DNA of 64,000 nucleotides. Source: the human T2T-CHM13v2.0 reference genome, Homo sapiens. The first letter of the stretch is position 1. Each line of letters starts with the position of its first letter. Location: NCBI RefSeq assembly GCF_009914755.1, contig NC_060927.1; one strand, written 5' to 3'. The notes under the pieces were generated by a model that saw nothing but the letters and a program-made list of their open reading frames with translations, made no database searches and was not told the origin of the DNA. The translations under genes and the position numbers were made by a program. This document shows, in pieces, positions 24,058 through 38,083 of the stretch.

Positions 24058-24194
24058 TGTCACCGGTGTTGGACTGTGGTTACTGCCTCATTGGGGGAGT
24101 CAAGATGACCAGATTCATCTGCAAAAATGTGGGTTTCAGTGTTGGCAGGTTCTGCATTATGCCCAAAACAAGCTGGCCACCACTAAGTTTCAAG
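24058..24194 (+). CDS. DLEC1: DLEC1 exon (~9)
   Basis: ctacag|...AAG|gtgagt; [13 protein letters not shown]...WPPLSFK. Confidence 0.92.
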
Positions 24195-24609
24195 GTGAGT
24201 GATCACAGGTTGCTAACTGGAAAAATTACAAGTCCATCAAAGGAAATAACCCCCAGAGGAACTTACTAGAGTATACCTATGATTGGAAACACACAGAACG
24301 CAGAGTGTTGTAAACTCTCTATGCAACTGCCACAACCCGAATGAGAATGGATGTATAAGGGTCCAGTGTTGTAGTTCTGGTTATGTCACTAATACCTGTA
24401 CCATGCTGGGCAAGCGGTATCACCTCTCTTATCCTTCAAGCCCTGGCTCAAATGTGACTGCATTCACTCATTCAGTCCTTCTTTATTGTAGCAAATGACT
24501 GAATAGTTCAGAGGTTACAAATTGGCTGCCCTTTGGCCAAATTCTGCTGGTATTTGTTTGGCACAGCACTTAACATTTTCTGAGCCAACATTTAAAAATA
24601 AGGAGATTT

Positions 24610-24979
<370 letters not shown>

Positions 24980-25065
24980 TCACTGTGAGCCTGTTGGCCA
25001 GGGCTGGGGGCAGGCCCTGTGTACCTTGTCCTGAGTGCCCCGCTCCACCAGTCCCAAGAGCATCC

Positions 25066-25438
25066 CAGCACTGACACCATCCATCAGCATGCTCACACCA
25101 TCCATCAGCACTGACACCATCCATCAGCACTGACACCATCCATCAGCATGCTCACACCATCCATCAGCACTGACACCATCCATCAGCATGCTCACACCAT
25201 CCATCAGCACTGACACCATCCATTAGCACTGACACCATCCATCAGCATGCTCACACCATCCATCAGCACTGACACCATCCATCAGCATGCTCACACCATC
25301 CATCAGCACTGACACCATCCATCAGCACTGACACCATCCATCAGCATGCTCACACCATCCATCAGCACTGACACCATCCATCAGCATGCTCACACCATCC
25401 ATCAGCACTGACACCATCCATTAGCACGCTCACACCAT
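25066..25438. repeat. Minisatellite of 19-bp and 21-bp units
   Basis: ccatccatcagcactgaca and ccatccatcagcatgctcaca interspersed. Confidence 0.95.
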
Positions 25439-26093
25439 TATTTTTCTCATAGCAAAGATATTTATTTGTACCCAGAAAACAAGGGATACATCTAGAGGAT
25501 GACATTTCAAGATGTTCCAAGAAAGACATTTCACTCATTTCTGTTACTGACCAGGGTCTTGTAGGCATGGGTTTGTGTCCCTGGCATGCTAAGTGACTTC
25601 TTGTGTAGGCACTGGGGCTGCAGCTCTCGTGCCTCAGGAGCTTGTAGCCAGGGGTGGGTCAGGGTTGGAGGCAGACACATATGCTAGCACCTGTGACACT
25701 GGGTGTTACTGTAGGAAAAGGACAATGTGCTTTGGGAGCCCAGGGGAGGGCCCACTCAGCTCACCTCCTGAGTGAGACCTTCTCACACGCTTGTCACTTT
25801 GTGTCCCAATCACTTGGTGATGGTGTTCCTTGTACCTCCTGTCAGTAGTCAGCTCTTCACAGATGTTCTAAGACTTACTCTCCTTAACCTTCAGAACCTC
25901 ACCTGGTACCTGGTGATGGCTGAGTAAATGCCTGCTGAATGAATAAGCCTCAGTTTTTTCATTACCATGTGACTGGATGATCCTTAAGTTCCTTCACATT
26001 GCAAAATGGATGTTTGAAGGAGAGAAGTTTGCAATCTGAATACTGGCTTTTACAATGTCTTCCACACTGTTGGGTAATCTGCTTTTCTTTAAG

Positions 26094-26186
26094 GCCATTG
26101 CAACCGTCGGCTTTGTTGAACAACCTCCTTTTGGAATCCTGCCTTCGGTGTTTGAGCTGGCCCCGGGACATGCTATATTAGTGGAG
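26094..26186 (+). CDS. DLEC1: DLEC1 exon (~10)
   Basis: tttaag|GCC...GAG|gtaggt; [31 protein letters not shown]. Confidence 0.9.
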
Positions 26187-26989
26187 GTAGGTAATCAGAC
26201 ATTGGCATGTATTTCCTCAACTGCTTGCATGCTTGCATTTGTCTCTGTTTTCATGACTCAAGTGTCCAGTCCCATCCCATATCACAGCCTTAGTGACTTC
26301 TGGGTAGACGCATATTCTTGCATTCTGTAGGGTGATGTCAGATGTCATTTGACTGTCTTATGAGCATTTTCACAAAGCAAATGCAGATAGCCCTAGCATC
26401 ACATCACAAACCTGAGCCTCGCTAGTCCACACCTTTAGTCTGGGAGCTACCTCCACCAATGTCCAAGCTGCCTCCAAGATCTTCGCTTGGTTCTTCAGTC
26501 TCTCTTGGGTCTTCCCTCCCCCAGGCCCCTCTATCATCTGGTACCTGATTATTGCGGTTATTGTGGCTTTGTTCTCACTTTCCTGCTTCATCCTCAGTTT
26601 GTATAGTCAGCAAGGCCCAACTCCGTTACGCCTCATCCTGAACCTCTGCAGAAGCTCTCAGTGGTCTGCCCCTGGCTGTGGGCGTCTCCTTTCCTAACTG
26701 GCCCCTTTTGCTGCCCCCTTCAGCTGATCACACCTGCTTGCTGGTCCCCAGAGGTGCCCATGAGAAATGGTGATACTTCCTGTCCCTGTTGCAGCACACT
26801 GCCACTCTCCCCGACTCCTGGTCTAGGAGTCTGACTCCACTTCATGTGACTGGGTGTGGGCTGCTACAGACATGCTTGGCCTTTCACACTAGCCTGCCGA
26901 GGGAGGCCCCTGACATTCAGGAGCAAAAACCGTCTGGCTTCTGGGGGTGGATTTGGCCTGTGCCATATCACCAGGTAGTGAGATCCAGC

Positions 26990-27162
26990 AGCCCTTATTC
27001 TTAAACTCAGCTGCACATTGCAATCACCTGAGAGACCTGGAAACAACACCAAGGCCCTATCCCTGAGGTTCTGAGTTCACTAGACTGGGCTGTGGCCTGG
27101 GTGCCGGACTTCTAAAGTCCCCCAGGGAATGCTGGTGTGCAGCCAAGTTGGAGTTCAACTGC
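26990..27162. mobile_element. MER5A-like hAT-Charlie MITE
   Basis: ttcttaaactcagctgcacattgcaatcacctg...gtgcagccaagttggagttcaactg. Confidence 0.55.
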
Positions 27163-27694
27163 CACAGCGACTCTGCCATGCTGTCAGGAAGGGCTTCCTC
27201 TTATCAGCTGCTTTCTAGTTTCAAGTGCCCAGTAGGTTCTGCAGCCCTAGGATGTGGCTCTCTTATTCATGTCCCTGCTCATCTGATCCCTGATGAGAAA
27301 CTAGTTCTTGGGATTGAGACTGAGCCAGTTCAGGGGCTTTGTCAGGCCTCATCTACTGCTGAGGGGCAGGTTGGGTCTACAAGGCCCATACACAGGCCAG
27401 GTTCTCTGTTCTCTTGGTGTAGTCCAGGACTTGTCACAGGCTCATCGAAGCTTTAAGGAATTGGAGCTGCTCTGCCCTGGACATCCCCCTCATCCCATCC
27501 TCCTGGGATCTCCAAGTAAAGGAAGAGGGTAGCAGCAGGACTCTTAGGGGAGCAGTGAGGGAGCTGGGGAAGGCTTTCCCCTTGGCATTTCTTGCGTATT
27601 TTGTTTACTGATTGTTTGGGGGTTTGTCTGTTCCAAAATGTATTCATAGTTCCAAATAAGAAATACATTTGCATGATTAAAAATTCAAAAGAGA

Positions 27695-28017
27695 GACTGG
27701 GTGCAGTGGCTCAGGTCTGTACTCCTAGCACTTTGGGAGGCTAAAGCAAGAGAACTGCTGAGTCTGGGAGTTAAAGACCAGCCTGGGCAACATAGTGATA
27801 TACTGTCTGTATAGACAATTTTTAAAGTAAAAAATAAATTCAAAAGAGCCAGGTGTAGTGGCTCACACCTATAATCTCAACACTTTGGGAGGTCAAGATA
27901 GGAGGATCACTTGAGGCCAGGAGTTTGAGTTTACAGTGAACTGTGATTGAGCCACTGTACTCCAGCCTGGGCAACAGAGTGAAACCCTGTCCTAAAAATA
28001 AATAAATAAAAATAAAA
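27695..28017 (+). mobile_element. FLAM/Alu monomer followed by internally deleted AluJ
   Basis: Two Alu starts (27695 and 27847); (TAAA)n tail. Confidence 0.8.
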
Positions 28018-28799
28018 CATTCAAAAGATGTAAACAGGTAAACAGTGAAATGCTCCCTTTCACCCCAGTTCCTCAGCCATCCAGAGGCCATACCTGGCCA
28101 GTTTTCTGAATGCCCTTCCAGAGATAGTCTATGCCCAAATAAGCAACTGCACATGTTTTTACCCCCATTTTTTTCTTCACACACAAAGTTGCCCACTCTA
28201 TACTCTGTTCTTTGCCTTGTGTTTTCTACTTAACTCTATATCTTAGAGATCATTCTCATATGTTTTAGTAACTGCATAGTATCCTACTGTGTGAATGGAC
28301 CATAATTTAGTTCAGCAGTCTCCTGCTGATTGACCTGAAGATTTTTTTCTGATCTCTGGCTACAAATTATGTATAAATTATACATACATCACTCTGTCCA
28401 AGGATGAGTCTACCCACAGGATACAGTCCTTGAAGTAGATTTGCTGATCCAGCGCTTTGTGCCCTCATAATTGTAAGGCATGTTGCCAAAATCCTTACCA
28501 TGCGGATTGTACCAATTTATACTTTCAACAGCAGTATGTAAGGGTGTCTGTTTCTTTACACCTTTGCCAATACAGTATATTATAAAACTTAGAAACTGTT
28601 CATGGACGTTGTATATAAAAACATATACAAAAATAGAGAGAATAATGATCATCCATGTATTCATTACTCATCTTCAACAATTATCAACCCTTGGCCAATC
28701 TTATTACATCTATACCCCTCCATTTCCCTCAGACATTCCCCACCCTGCTCTTCTAGATTATTTTGAACAAAATCAAGACAAAATATCATTGCATTTAAC

Positions 28800-30200
28800 A
28801 GAATGAAACTAGACCTGTGTCTCTCACCATATACAAAAATTAACTTATTAATAAAATGGATTAAAGATTTAAATATAAGACTTGAAAATGTAAAACTACT
28901 AGAAGAAAATGGTGGAAATCTGTATGACATTGGTCTGGGCAATGATTTTTTGCATATGATCTCAAAAGCACTGGCAACAAAAGTGAAAATAGGGGCCAGG
29001 TGCGGTGGCTCAGCACTTTGGGAGGCTGAGGTGGGAGGATTTCTTGAGCCCAGGAGTTTGAGACCAGCCTGGGCAACATAAGGAGACCCCATCTCTATAA
29101 AAAATTTAAAAAACTAGCCGGGTGTGGTGGCATGCACCTGTGGTCTCAGCTACTTGGGAGCTGAAGTGGGAGGATCGCTTGAGCTCAGGTGTTAGAGGCT
29201 GCAGTGAGAAATGATCACACCACTGCACTCCAGCCTGGGTGACAGAGCAAGATCCTGTCTCAAAAAGCAAAACAAACAAATGAACAAACAAAAAAACAAA
29301 CATGAATAGACAAATGGGATTACCTCAAACGAAAAAGCTTCTACACAGCAAAGGAAACAAGCAACAGAGTGAAGAGACAATCTGTGAAATGGGAGAAAAT
29401 ACTATCACATCTGAGGAGGGGTTAACTCCAAAAATATATAAGGAACTTAATGCAATAGCAAGAAAACAACCTGCTTTTTTTAATGGGCCAAAGACCAATT
29501 AGACATTCCTCAAAAGAAGACATATAAATGGTCAATGAGTATATGAAAACATTCTCAACATCATTAATCATCAGGGAAATGCAAATTAAAACCACAGTGA
29601 GCTCCCACCTGACACCCGTTAGAATGGCTATTATCAGAAAGATGAAAGGTAAGTGTTGGCGAGGATGTAGAGAAAAGGGAATCCTTGCCCGCTGTTGATG
29701 GGAATGTAAATTACTACAGCCGTTATGGAAAATAATATGGAGTTCCTTCAAAAAATTAAAAATGGAACTACCAAATGATTCAGCAGTCCTACTACTAGGT
29801 ATATATACAAATGAAATCTGGCTGGAGTGCAGTGATGTGATCATTGCTCACTGCATCCTCTAACTCCTGGGCTCAAAAGATACCATTTAAAAGATATCCG
29901 CACTCTTATGTTCATTGTGTCATTCACAATAGGCAAGCTATGGAATCACCCTAAGTGTCTATTGATAGAGGATAAAGAAAATGAGGTATATGTACACAAT
30001 GGAATAACAGCCCTGCAAAAGAAGGAAATCCTGTCGTTTGCGACAACATGGATAAGTCTGGAGGACATTATGTGAAGCCAAGCACAGAAAGACAAATACT
30101 GCATGATTGCACCTATATGTTGGACCTTAAATAATTGAACTCATAAAAGCAGAGAATAGAATGGTGATTACCAGGGTTGGGGGTTGGGGGAATTGGGGAA
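28800..30200 (+). mobile_element. L1M ORF2 3' end and 3'UTR, with AluJ at ~28994-29300
   Basis: MKLDLCLSPYTKIN..KWIKDLNIR..VKLLEEN is L1 ORF2; gggaaatgcaaattaaaaccacagtgag. Confidence 0.88.
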
Positions 30201-30587
30201 AAAATAGAAAACAAATCATTGCATTTATGACAGCTCACCTTCTGCTCTTTGCCAGTATGAGTGGTAAAAAGCCGTTCTTCTGGATGGTTTTCATTGACAT
30301 TTCTCTTATTATGAATGAGGGTATGTGTTGTCATTCATTTAAGGGCCATTTGTATTTTGGTCTCTGTGAACTTTATCTTCATATCCTTTTAGCTTGCTCC
30401 CTGCTTTTCTCTGGGGTGGAGCTAGGGTAAAACACTTGGCCTTAGGAGTAAGGTGGGAGGTGGCAGGGAGGGGAACAGAGAGTGAAGAGCAAAGAAAGGG
30501 GTGTGTGTCCGAGAGGAGGAGGGTGGGAGGCGGGGAGGGTGGAAGCCCTTTAATGGGAGGTAACGGAACAACCCTTCTCTCCCCCAG

Positions 30588-30678
30588 GTCTTGTTTTCCC
30601 CAAAGAGCCTAGGAAAGGCAGAGCAGACCTTCATCATCATGTGCGACAACTGCCAGATAAAGGAGCTGGTGACCATAG
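30588..30678 (+). CDS. DLEC1: DLEC1 exon (~11)
   Basis: cccag|GTC...ATA G|gtgggc; [30 protein letters not shown]. Confidence 0.92.
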
Positions 30679-31402
30679 GTGGGCTTGAGTGTACTCCCAG
30701 GGGCAAGGCTGGAGAGGCTGCCCCAGCTCCAGGGGCCACTGACCGCAGTAGCATTAGCGGCAGCCCACCTGTTTCCTGTGTGTGTCAGGAGCGCACATTA
30801 AGAATGCTGCAGCCTCCAGGTGCCAGAGTCTCGTTTCAGGCCCATTGCTCTGGTCTGACTTTGGAGACCAAGCCAGTGTGGCCTCCAAGACAGTCCAAGG
30901 AGCCTTCTAGCAAGAGACAGCTGGAAACCTGGGGTGAAATCTTTCATTGTTTCATTTTGAAACTCACTTTGATCTCCTTTGGGGAATTGCCAGTGGCTCA
31001 CACATAAACAGCCAGAGCCACCTCTAGATTTCTGCAGGGTTAGAAGAGGCATCCTAGGAATCGTGACAAGATGCCCCTGGCCGCCCCTCCCTCTCTTCCT
31101 CCCTCCCTCCTTCCTTCCCTCTTTTCCTCCTTCCCTCCCTCCTTTTCTCCCTTCTTCTCTCCCTTCCTCATTAATTGAGTGTCTGCTATATGCTAGGTTC
31201 TCAAAATCACCTCCTTTTGGTCTTCAAAGATGTGAGAACATTAACCTGTGGGCGGATATCCCCCTTTTCCCTCCAGTGTGAGCTTGCAGGAATCATGGTC
31301 AAGGCCAGCTGCATGTGGATGGCGGCATGGGTCCTGCAGCAGCCTTGGCCTGATTTCAGCCCTAGTGAGCCTTCACTGACTTCACTTACTCTACTTTGGC
31401 AG

Positions 31403-31565
31403 GAATTGGGCAGCTGATTGCTTTGGATCTGATCTATATTTCTGGTGAAAAAAGCCAGCCAGACCCTGGAGAGCTCACAGACTTAACAGCCCAGCACTTC
31501 ATACGATTTGAGCCTGAAAACCTTCGGTCCACGGCTAGGAAGCAGCTGATTATTAGAAATGCTAC
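31403..31565 (+). CDS. DLEC1: DLEC1 exon (~12)
   Basis: ggcag|GA ATT...GCT AC|gtgggt; [11 protein letters not shown]...KQLIIRNA. Confidence 0.9.
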
Positions 31566-31719
31566 GTGGGTAACCCCTGTGTGTGCCCCAATACCCAACC
31601 CTTCTTCTTGCTTACCTGGCCCTCAGTCCCAGTGAGACAGGAGGTCCTTCCAAGGGCCTGGGGAAGACTGGGCACAGAATGGATATCCAAATTCAATTGA
31701 GGGATCCAGATTGACCCAG

Positions 31720-31895
31720 TCTATCATGGAAACCAGTAGCCACTCTTGGCTACTTAAATTTAAATCAATTAACATTAAATTAAGAGCTCACTTCCTCAGT
31801 GGCACCAGCCACATGTAGCTAGTGGCTGTCATATTGGACAGTGCAGATCTGTAAGATCTCCATCCCTTCAGGAAGTTATGTTAGATAGTGCTGCC
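31720..31895. mobile_element. MER3/MER33-like hAT-Charlie element
   Basis: agccacatgtagctagtggctgtcatattggacagtgcag motif. Confidence 0.55.
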
Positions 31896-32676
31896 CCAAA
31901 TCATCCTGGACCATCCCTAGCCAGCCCCAGCTTTCCAGAGAGGACATACCATGCCTGTGTAGGGGAAGCCATCCAAGTCCCAGGGGCAGACAGACTATAG
32001 TCTGTGGGTTTCATTCTCCTTGCCATTTATTTCCTGACCCGCCTCTGAGCACTACCATGAAACCAGGACAAATCTCAGGGAGCCTCCCAACCAGGGCTGC
32101 CCTGGGGACCCCAGACATTACACAGGACTCTGTCATCTCTCCCCCGGGATAGCTGCAAGTCCTGCCCCTCCTATGCTATGGAGTTGCCACTGTTCCTGTT
32201 GGCAGCCAGTAGGCACATATCTTTCTGGACACAGCTCTCCTGGGAGCCCATAACAGGAAAGGCAGAGGGCAGGAATGGGGTTGATGTGGCAAACCTTGGA
32301 AACTCATGTGGTGAGAGACACTGCAGAAGATCTTCCCAATATTAGGGGGTGATGTATAGCCTCTTCCACTTTAATGATTGGAACATGAGTTCCTGACTTA
32401 CCATGTCCCCTGAGTCATGGTAGGTCCAACCTCCAGCTGCCATGGCTGGGAAGCGAGGAGCTCTCTTACATAGTCTCTGTCTTAGACTCCCTCGCCCACT
32501 TGCTGCCCCTCCTCCATTGGAGGGTCCTCCATTGGAAGGGTGTGAAGGCTGACCTGGTTTCTTCCTGTTCCTAGGTCCTTTCCTGCTCCCTCTTGGAGCA
32601 GGGCAGGGAGGCATGGGGTGGAGGGACCTGGTCCCAGCAGAACTGGGACATGGCCTTGGATGCGTTGCCCCCACAG

Positions 32677-32869
32677 GCACGTGGAGCTGGCCTTCTACTG
32701 GCAGATCATGAAGCCCAACCTGCAGCCCCTCATGCCTGGAGAAACCTTCAGCATGGACAGCATCAAGTGCTACCCCGACAAGGAGACTGCCTTCTCCATC
32801 ATGCCCAGAAAGGGGGTTCTAAGCCCCCACACAGACCACGAGTTCATCCTGAGCTTTTCTCCTCATGAG
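32677..32869 (+). CDS. DLEC1: DLEC1 exon (~13)
   Basis: cacag|G CAC...GAG|gttcag; HVELAFYWQIMKPNL...FILSFSPHE. Confidence 0.9.
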
Positions 32870-33685
32870 GTTCAGATGGTGTCATCTCAGTAGCCACACA
32901 TGGTTGGATCATGTATTTAGACCCCCCACCTGTGTTCCTCAATCACACTGAAGCCACAGCTGGGCCCACCGAGGTGCTATCCTGCCCAGGCCAGCACTTG
33001 GCTGAGTTGGGTTGGAGTACACACCTGGTGTGCAGGGTGAAGCAGCTCATTTTGTCTGGTCCTGATCCCAGACTCACCCCATCTGCAGCAAGACCCTTGG
33101 CTGGCTTCCTCCGCTCTGGGTGTCTCCCACATGTCTACTATGGCAAAAAACATTACCATCCCCACCCATACCACAGCATCCCCTAGAGAGAGTGAGGTGC
33201 AGGGACCCGAGGGCCAGGTTAGCACAGCGCTGGCCCCAGCATGGAGGGAAGCCCTGTGGGCCACGGTAGGCTAGAAGGGAATTCGAGCTGGGCATGAAAA
33301 GGATGCTCCGGGGCCATTGTTAGTGGGTTTGGGGCTGAGATGAGTGATCCTGCCTCTGGTCCCAGCATCCAGCTGCCTCGTTGTCTATCCTGGGAGGGTG
33401 TGGTGCTTCGGACACGTTGAGGGGCTTTGTCAGCATCAGGAAGGCCTTTGCTTCTTGCACCCAGGCCCAGCTGAGACAGGCCCCTGAGTCCTGGCTCATG
33501 TTCTGGCAGCAACTTCACTTTTCCTAAGGAGGGGAGGAGGCAGCAGGGAAGCAACCCTGGGTTTTCAGAAGGTCCTTCTGATGGCTAGGCTAAGGGGAGG
33601 AAGAATTCCTGCCATGCCCCAGCCTTCTCCAGGACAACCTGCTGGAACGCAGTGGTGTTTTCAGGGCACTGTGTTTGCCTTGCAG

Positions 33686-33744
33686 CTGAGGGATTTTCAC
33701 AGTGTGCTCCAGATGGTGCTAGAGGAAGTCCCAGAGCCTGTAAG
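33686..33744 (+). CDS. DLEC1: DLEC1 exon (~14)
   Basis: tgcag|CTG...GTA AG|gtgaga; LRDFHSVLQMVLEEVPEPV. Confidence 0.88.
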
Positions 33745-34366
33745 GTGAGAGAAACTGGGCCCTGGATGAGAAGTGGGCAGCTGGGCCTTCCCCCACCTTG
33801 GGGGTTCTCCTGGGGAAGGTATCAGGTGAGGGGGAGTGGGCAGCCTGGTCCCCGCAGGCTTTGGGGAGTGAGAGCATTTTTTTTGCCTTGCCCTGGCAAC
33901 CCAGCCCTGCAATGGGCTGAGCACACTAAGCTCGCTAAACTCACTATGAGGCCACCCCAGGAACTTTGGAGCTGTGCCCCAGGCCCATTGTTGCTCTTGG
34001 GGAGCCAAACTGGGGGGCCCTCGGTGGTGGTGAGTGTGGAGGAAAAGCTTTGCCCCCATGGTGTAAACCTTCAGGCTGGGGCTCCAGGCAGCCCAGTGCA
34101 GAGATCCCAGGCTGGAGGGCTGCAGATGGTCCCTGGAGGCAGCAGGGCAATGCCCCGTCCCAGTCCTTACGCTAAACCACTGTCACAGCCATCGGTGCTT
34201 ATCACCTTTCAGGCACTGGCTAATGCCTTTGATTTAGGGGGCTCAGGAGCTGTGGGTTAGGCAGTGTTTTTTTTTTCACAAGGCCAAACGTGGGACAGAG
34301 GCAGGGACACTCTAGGATGTGCTTCCAGGTGTGCCGGCTCCTAGCTAACGGTGGGTTTGTGTTTAG

Positions 34367-34535
34367 TTCAGAAGCGGAGAGCCTGGGGCACTCCTCCTAC
34401 TCTGTGGATGATGTGATTGTCCTGGAAATCGAGGTGAAAGGCTCAGTAGAACCTTTCCAGGTTCTCTTAGAGCCATATGCCCTCATCATCCCAGGGGAGA
34501 ACTACATTGGGATAAATGTGAAGAAGGCTTTTAAG
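34367..34535 (+). CDS. DLEC1: DLEC1 exon (~15)
   Basis: tttag|T TCA...AAG|gtaggt; SEAESLG...GINVKKAFK. Confidence 0.9.
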
Positions 34536-34979
34536 GTAGGTCATTGTCTCTCCCCTGCCTAGGCTGGCCGAGGCAGTGTTGACATGAGTGCAAGTGTAGG
34601 GAGGATATAGCAGGAGGGGCAGATGGTAGCAGCCACTGCATGGAGGCTGAGGCCATTCCCAGGGCTTTGAACCCAACTTGACTTGCACAGATGCATAGGC
34701 CAGGCATGGCTGTCTTCTTTTATCAGCCTCCCAGAATCCTCTGAAAGTTAGGGCTATGGAACCTATTCCCGTCCTTGGCAGAGTATGTCAGCCACAGGCA
34801 CTGCAGTGTGGAGGGAGGGTGCTTTTGGGTTGGGAGGCCCATGGCTTTGGGTGGCCAGGAATTAGCCGGGAAGTGTCATATGGACTCTTTACGAGCCCAC
34901 AATCCTACAGTCCTTCAGCAGGTACAGAATTGACATGAAGGGGCAGTAAATGGGCAGCCTGGTCTCGGGTGTCTTTCAG

Positions 34980-35073
34980 ATGTGGAACAACAGCAAGTCA
35001 CCCATCAGATACCTGTGGGGGAAGATCAGCGACTGCCACATCATTGAAGTGGAGCCCGGCACAGGGGTCATAG
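34980..35073 (+). CDS. DLEC1: DLEC1 exon (~16)
   Basis: ttcag|ATG TGG...ATA G|gtacct; MWNNSKSPIRYLWGK. Confidence 0.9.
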
Positions 35074-35304
35074 GTACCTTGGGGACTGCAGGAGGGGTTG
35101 TGACCTGCCTGGGGCTGGCTCAGGAAGAAATCTTCAGAGTTAAAGGGGCTTATGCAGGGCTCTTGGTGTCCTGTGACTGCTCTGGCTGAGGCCTGGGATG
35201 TGAGGGAGATGAGAAGTCTGTGCAAGCCAGATGTCTGGGCCCAATCATAGGAGGAAACTGCCTCTGCTTCTCCTCTCCACCTCTCCCTTTCCCTCTCTTC
35301 TCAG

Positions 35305-35435
35305 AGCCCAGTGAGGTCGGGGATTTTGAGTTGAACTTTACTGGGGGTGTCCCTGGCCCCACAAGCCAGGACCTGCTGTGTGAAATCGAAGACTCGCCCT
35401 CGCCAGTGGTGTTACACATTGAGGCTGTCTTTAAG
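35305..35435 (+). CDS. DLEC1: DLEC1 exon (~17)
   Basis: ctcag|AG CCC...AAG|gtgctg; PSEVGDFELNF...HIEAVFK. Confidence 0.9.
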
Positions 35436-35541
35436 GTGCTGCAGGTGGAGCTGGGCAGTGGGGTGGGCCCAGAGAGGTGGCAGGGCTGGGACACTGAGCC
35501 ATCCCCAGGTGGCCCAGTGACAGGCCCTCTGGGTGTCTCAG

Positions 35542-35700
35542 GGGCCTGCCCTCATCATCAACGTCTCAGCCCTTCAGTTTGGTCTGCTCCGCCTGGGGCA
35601 GAAAGCCACAAACTCCATCCAGATCCGGAACGTCAGCCAGCTCCCAGCCACATGGCGCATGAAGGAGAGCCCAGTCTCCCTCCAGGAAAGGCCTGAGGAT
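35542..35700 (+). CDS. DLEC1: DLEC1 exon (~18)
   Basis: ctcag|GGG...GAT|gtaagt; GPALIINVSALQFGLLRLGQ. Confidence 0.9.
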
Positions 35701-38083
35701 GTAAGTCAGGCACTGCTGGTTCCTCTGGTGCCCCCACAATGAGCCCGTTTAGCTTGCCCTGGTGAAACTTGCCCTGGTGTGTTTAGATCAGAGCTTCGAG
35801 GCTGGTGGAGGAAAAGCCTGCCTGGTGACTTCGGCCTGGCGGTGCCTCCTGTTCTCCCCATCGCTGAGGCAGCTCAGCTCCTCTCTACAGCCAAATGTAA
35901 TCCCCCATCAGCATTTCCTGTGCCTTTCACTACCATCGGATTTAGAAATAGGGCGTGGGTTTCTCCCTCAGAGCCGTCTGAGGCAGGAAGAGATGGGCAG
36001 CTAGGTTGGGCAGGAAGCCTCCAAGGCTGCTGCTGCTCCAGCCGCATTCCCACCTCCTCCCCACTCTCTGGAAGGTTCAGATCCTCCCAGGGATCTGCTA
36101 CCAGATGGCATCTGGTCACAGGCTGGCAGCCCAAACCCAAGGCTCCAAAAAGAAAATTGAAGATTTATTTCGACTCAAATGGCACTTTTCACTATAAAAG
36201 TAGGAAAAAAAGCAGCTAAGTATTATCATAATCATATTTAAATGCAGTGGGCGATCTGGAACAAGACAAAGTCACACAAATCACCAGCTACTCGCAAAAT
36301 GCCCGCAGTGAGTCGTACATCACCGCCCCTTCACCACGGCATGGCTGCAGCTCCCTGGTGGACTGCACATGTGAGACCCTGGCCATGTCTGGTGACCACA
36401 CTCTCCTTCTGGCTGCTTCCCACCGAGGTCCCCATCCTGCTTGCCCACTTGCCCTCCGAGTCAGAACACCGCACACTTTTCCTTCTGTATTAAGGAGCCC
36501 AGGGAAGACAATCCAAGCCATGCATATACCTTATTTTGCTAGTGTGCATTCCCTTTCTGCAGGAAAGTGGGCTTTCCTTTCTATTCCAGGGAGGCCTCGC
36601 TCCTTTACCTGATGGCCTATAGCTGGGCACTCTGAAACCTAGAAGTTATGACAGTGTGCATCAAATTGCCAACGCCATTGCCAAGTACCTGTTACACAGG
36701 CTTGGAGTTCAATACTTTCCCTCCCAGGGCTCATCCATCTCCCACCATGGATCCTGAAACCACAAAAGACTAAGGCTGGCGCTTGGGCTGGGATGGGGCT
36801 GGGGGCAGGGTGGCATCAGTATCTTTAGTGTCCACATTATGTTTAGCCAAGAACCCTTTCTTCAAATGAAACTTTATGCAAAAGCCCAGAACATAGAATA
36901 AACTGTGACTGCTCCAGCCACCCAGAGACCCCCTTGTTAGGCACCTCTGCCCCATCCTGCTTCTCCCCACATTCCAGTCCCCTGCACTTCTAGGGATTTC
37001 CTGGGATTTTCCAGAGCACAGTTAGAAGCTTACAGACCTCAGCCAGCCTCCTCATTTGATAGAGGAGAGACTGGAAGGGGCAGGGCTTCCCCAAGGTCAT
37101 ACGGCTGATGGGTAGCGGCATCACATCTGATCCCTCTTGTCTAGTTTTCAGTCTGTGGTGTTCTCCCACTGTGAAGAATAACTATGTTTTATAATGGAAA
37201 TAATTGCCAATGTTATAGTATTGTAAGATAATTCCCTCTCTACAGTTCTCTGCACTCTATTCTTTTGAGCTCTCAAAAATAATGTTGGGATTTGGGGTTT
37301 GTTAGATGGTCTCAGATTAGGGGACGCAGAGCTGCTGAAACCCAACCCTAGACTACAGCCACCCCCAGAGCTCCAAGGGAGATGCACATGAGCAACAAAG
37401 ACAAAATAAAGCAAAGTGGCTCCTTACAGGGACAAGTGTCCTCTCTCAGTCAGGGCAGGAAGAATGGAATGTAAAGAGCCCTCCCCAGATGGGGACACTT
37501 TTCTTCCTGCTCGTTCCCTTCCCCTCTCCCTTTGTGTGTGTGCCTGGCATGGGAGGAGGAGCAGACCGGGGGCGGGGTGGGGGTGGGGGCGGGTAAATGA
37601 GGCTGAGCCTGCAGTAGGGGACAGAAGGAAGGGGTGGGGGAAAGACCACGTGGGTGCAAAGGAGAAATCTGGCCACAATAGACTCTCCCCTCCCCTAATC
37701 TAGTGACCTGGTGGCTTTCCTCAGTTGAAGCTGCTCAGAGGGCTACCCCCCTAGTTTGGCTCACCAGCTCTCCTCTGGCTCCCCAGCTCTCCCCATTTTC
37801 CCTGGAGCACCTCCCTCCGCCTTCTATCTCTCAGATCTGGGCCAGGGCATGGGGCCCTCTGACTTATGTATTCCTTTACTTGGAGACTCAGTTTCTATGC
37901 TCTTAATCCTGAGACTCTTGTGGCTGTGGTCCCCCACCTGCTTGCCTGTTTCTGGATCCCAGATGGCTCTTGGAAGAGCTGGGGCAGCTTAGGAGTGACT
38001 TTGGTTAGGCATGGCCAGCCCCCAGTTCCTCTGCAATTCCAAGTGTCCTCAGTGCTCATCCTCCTGAGTGTTCTCCGGGGCAG

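Noticed and set aside
25066-25438. CRISPR-like array
   Set aside because: No unique spacers, only tandem units, and the context is eukaryotic.
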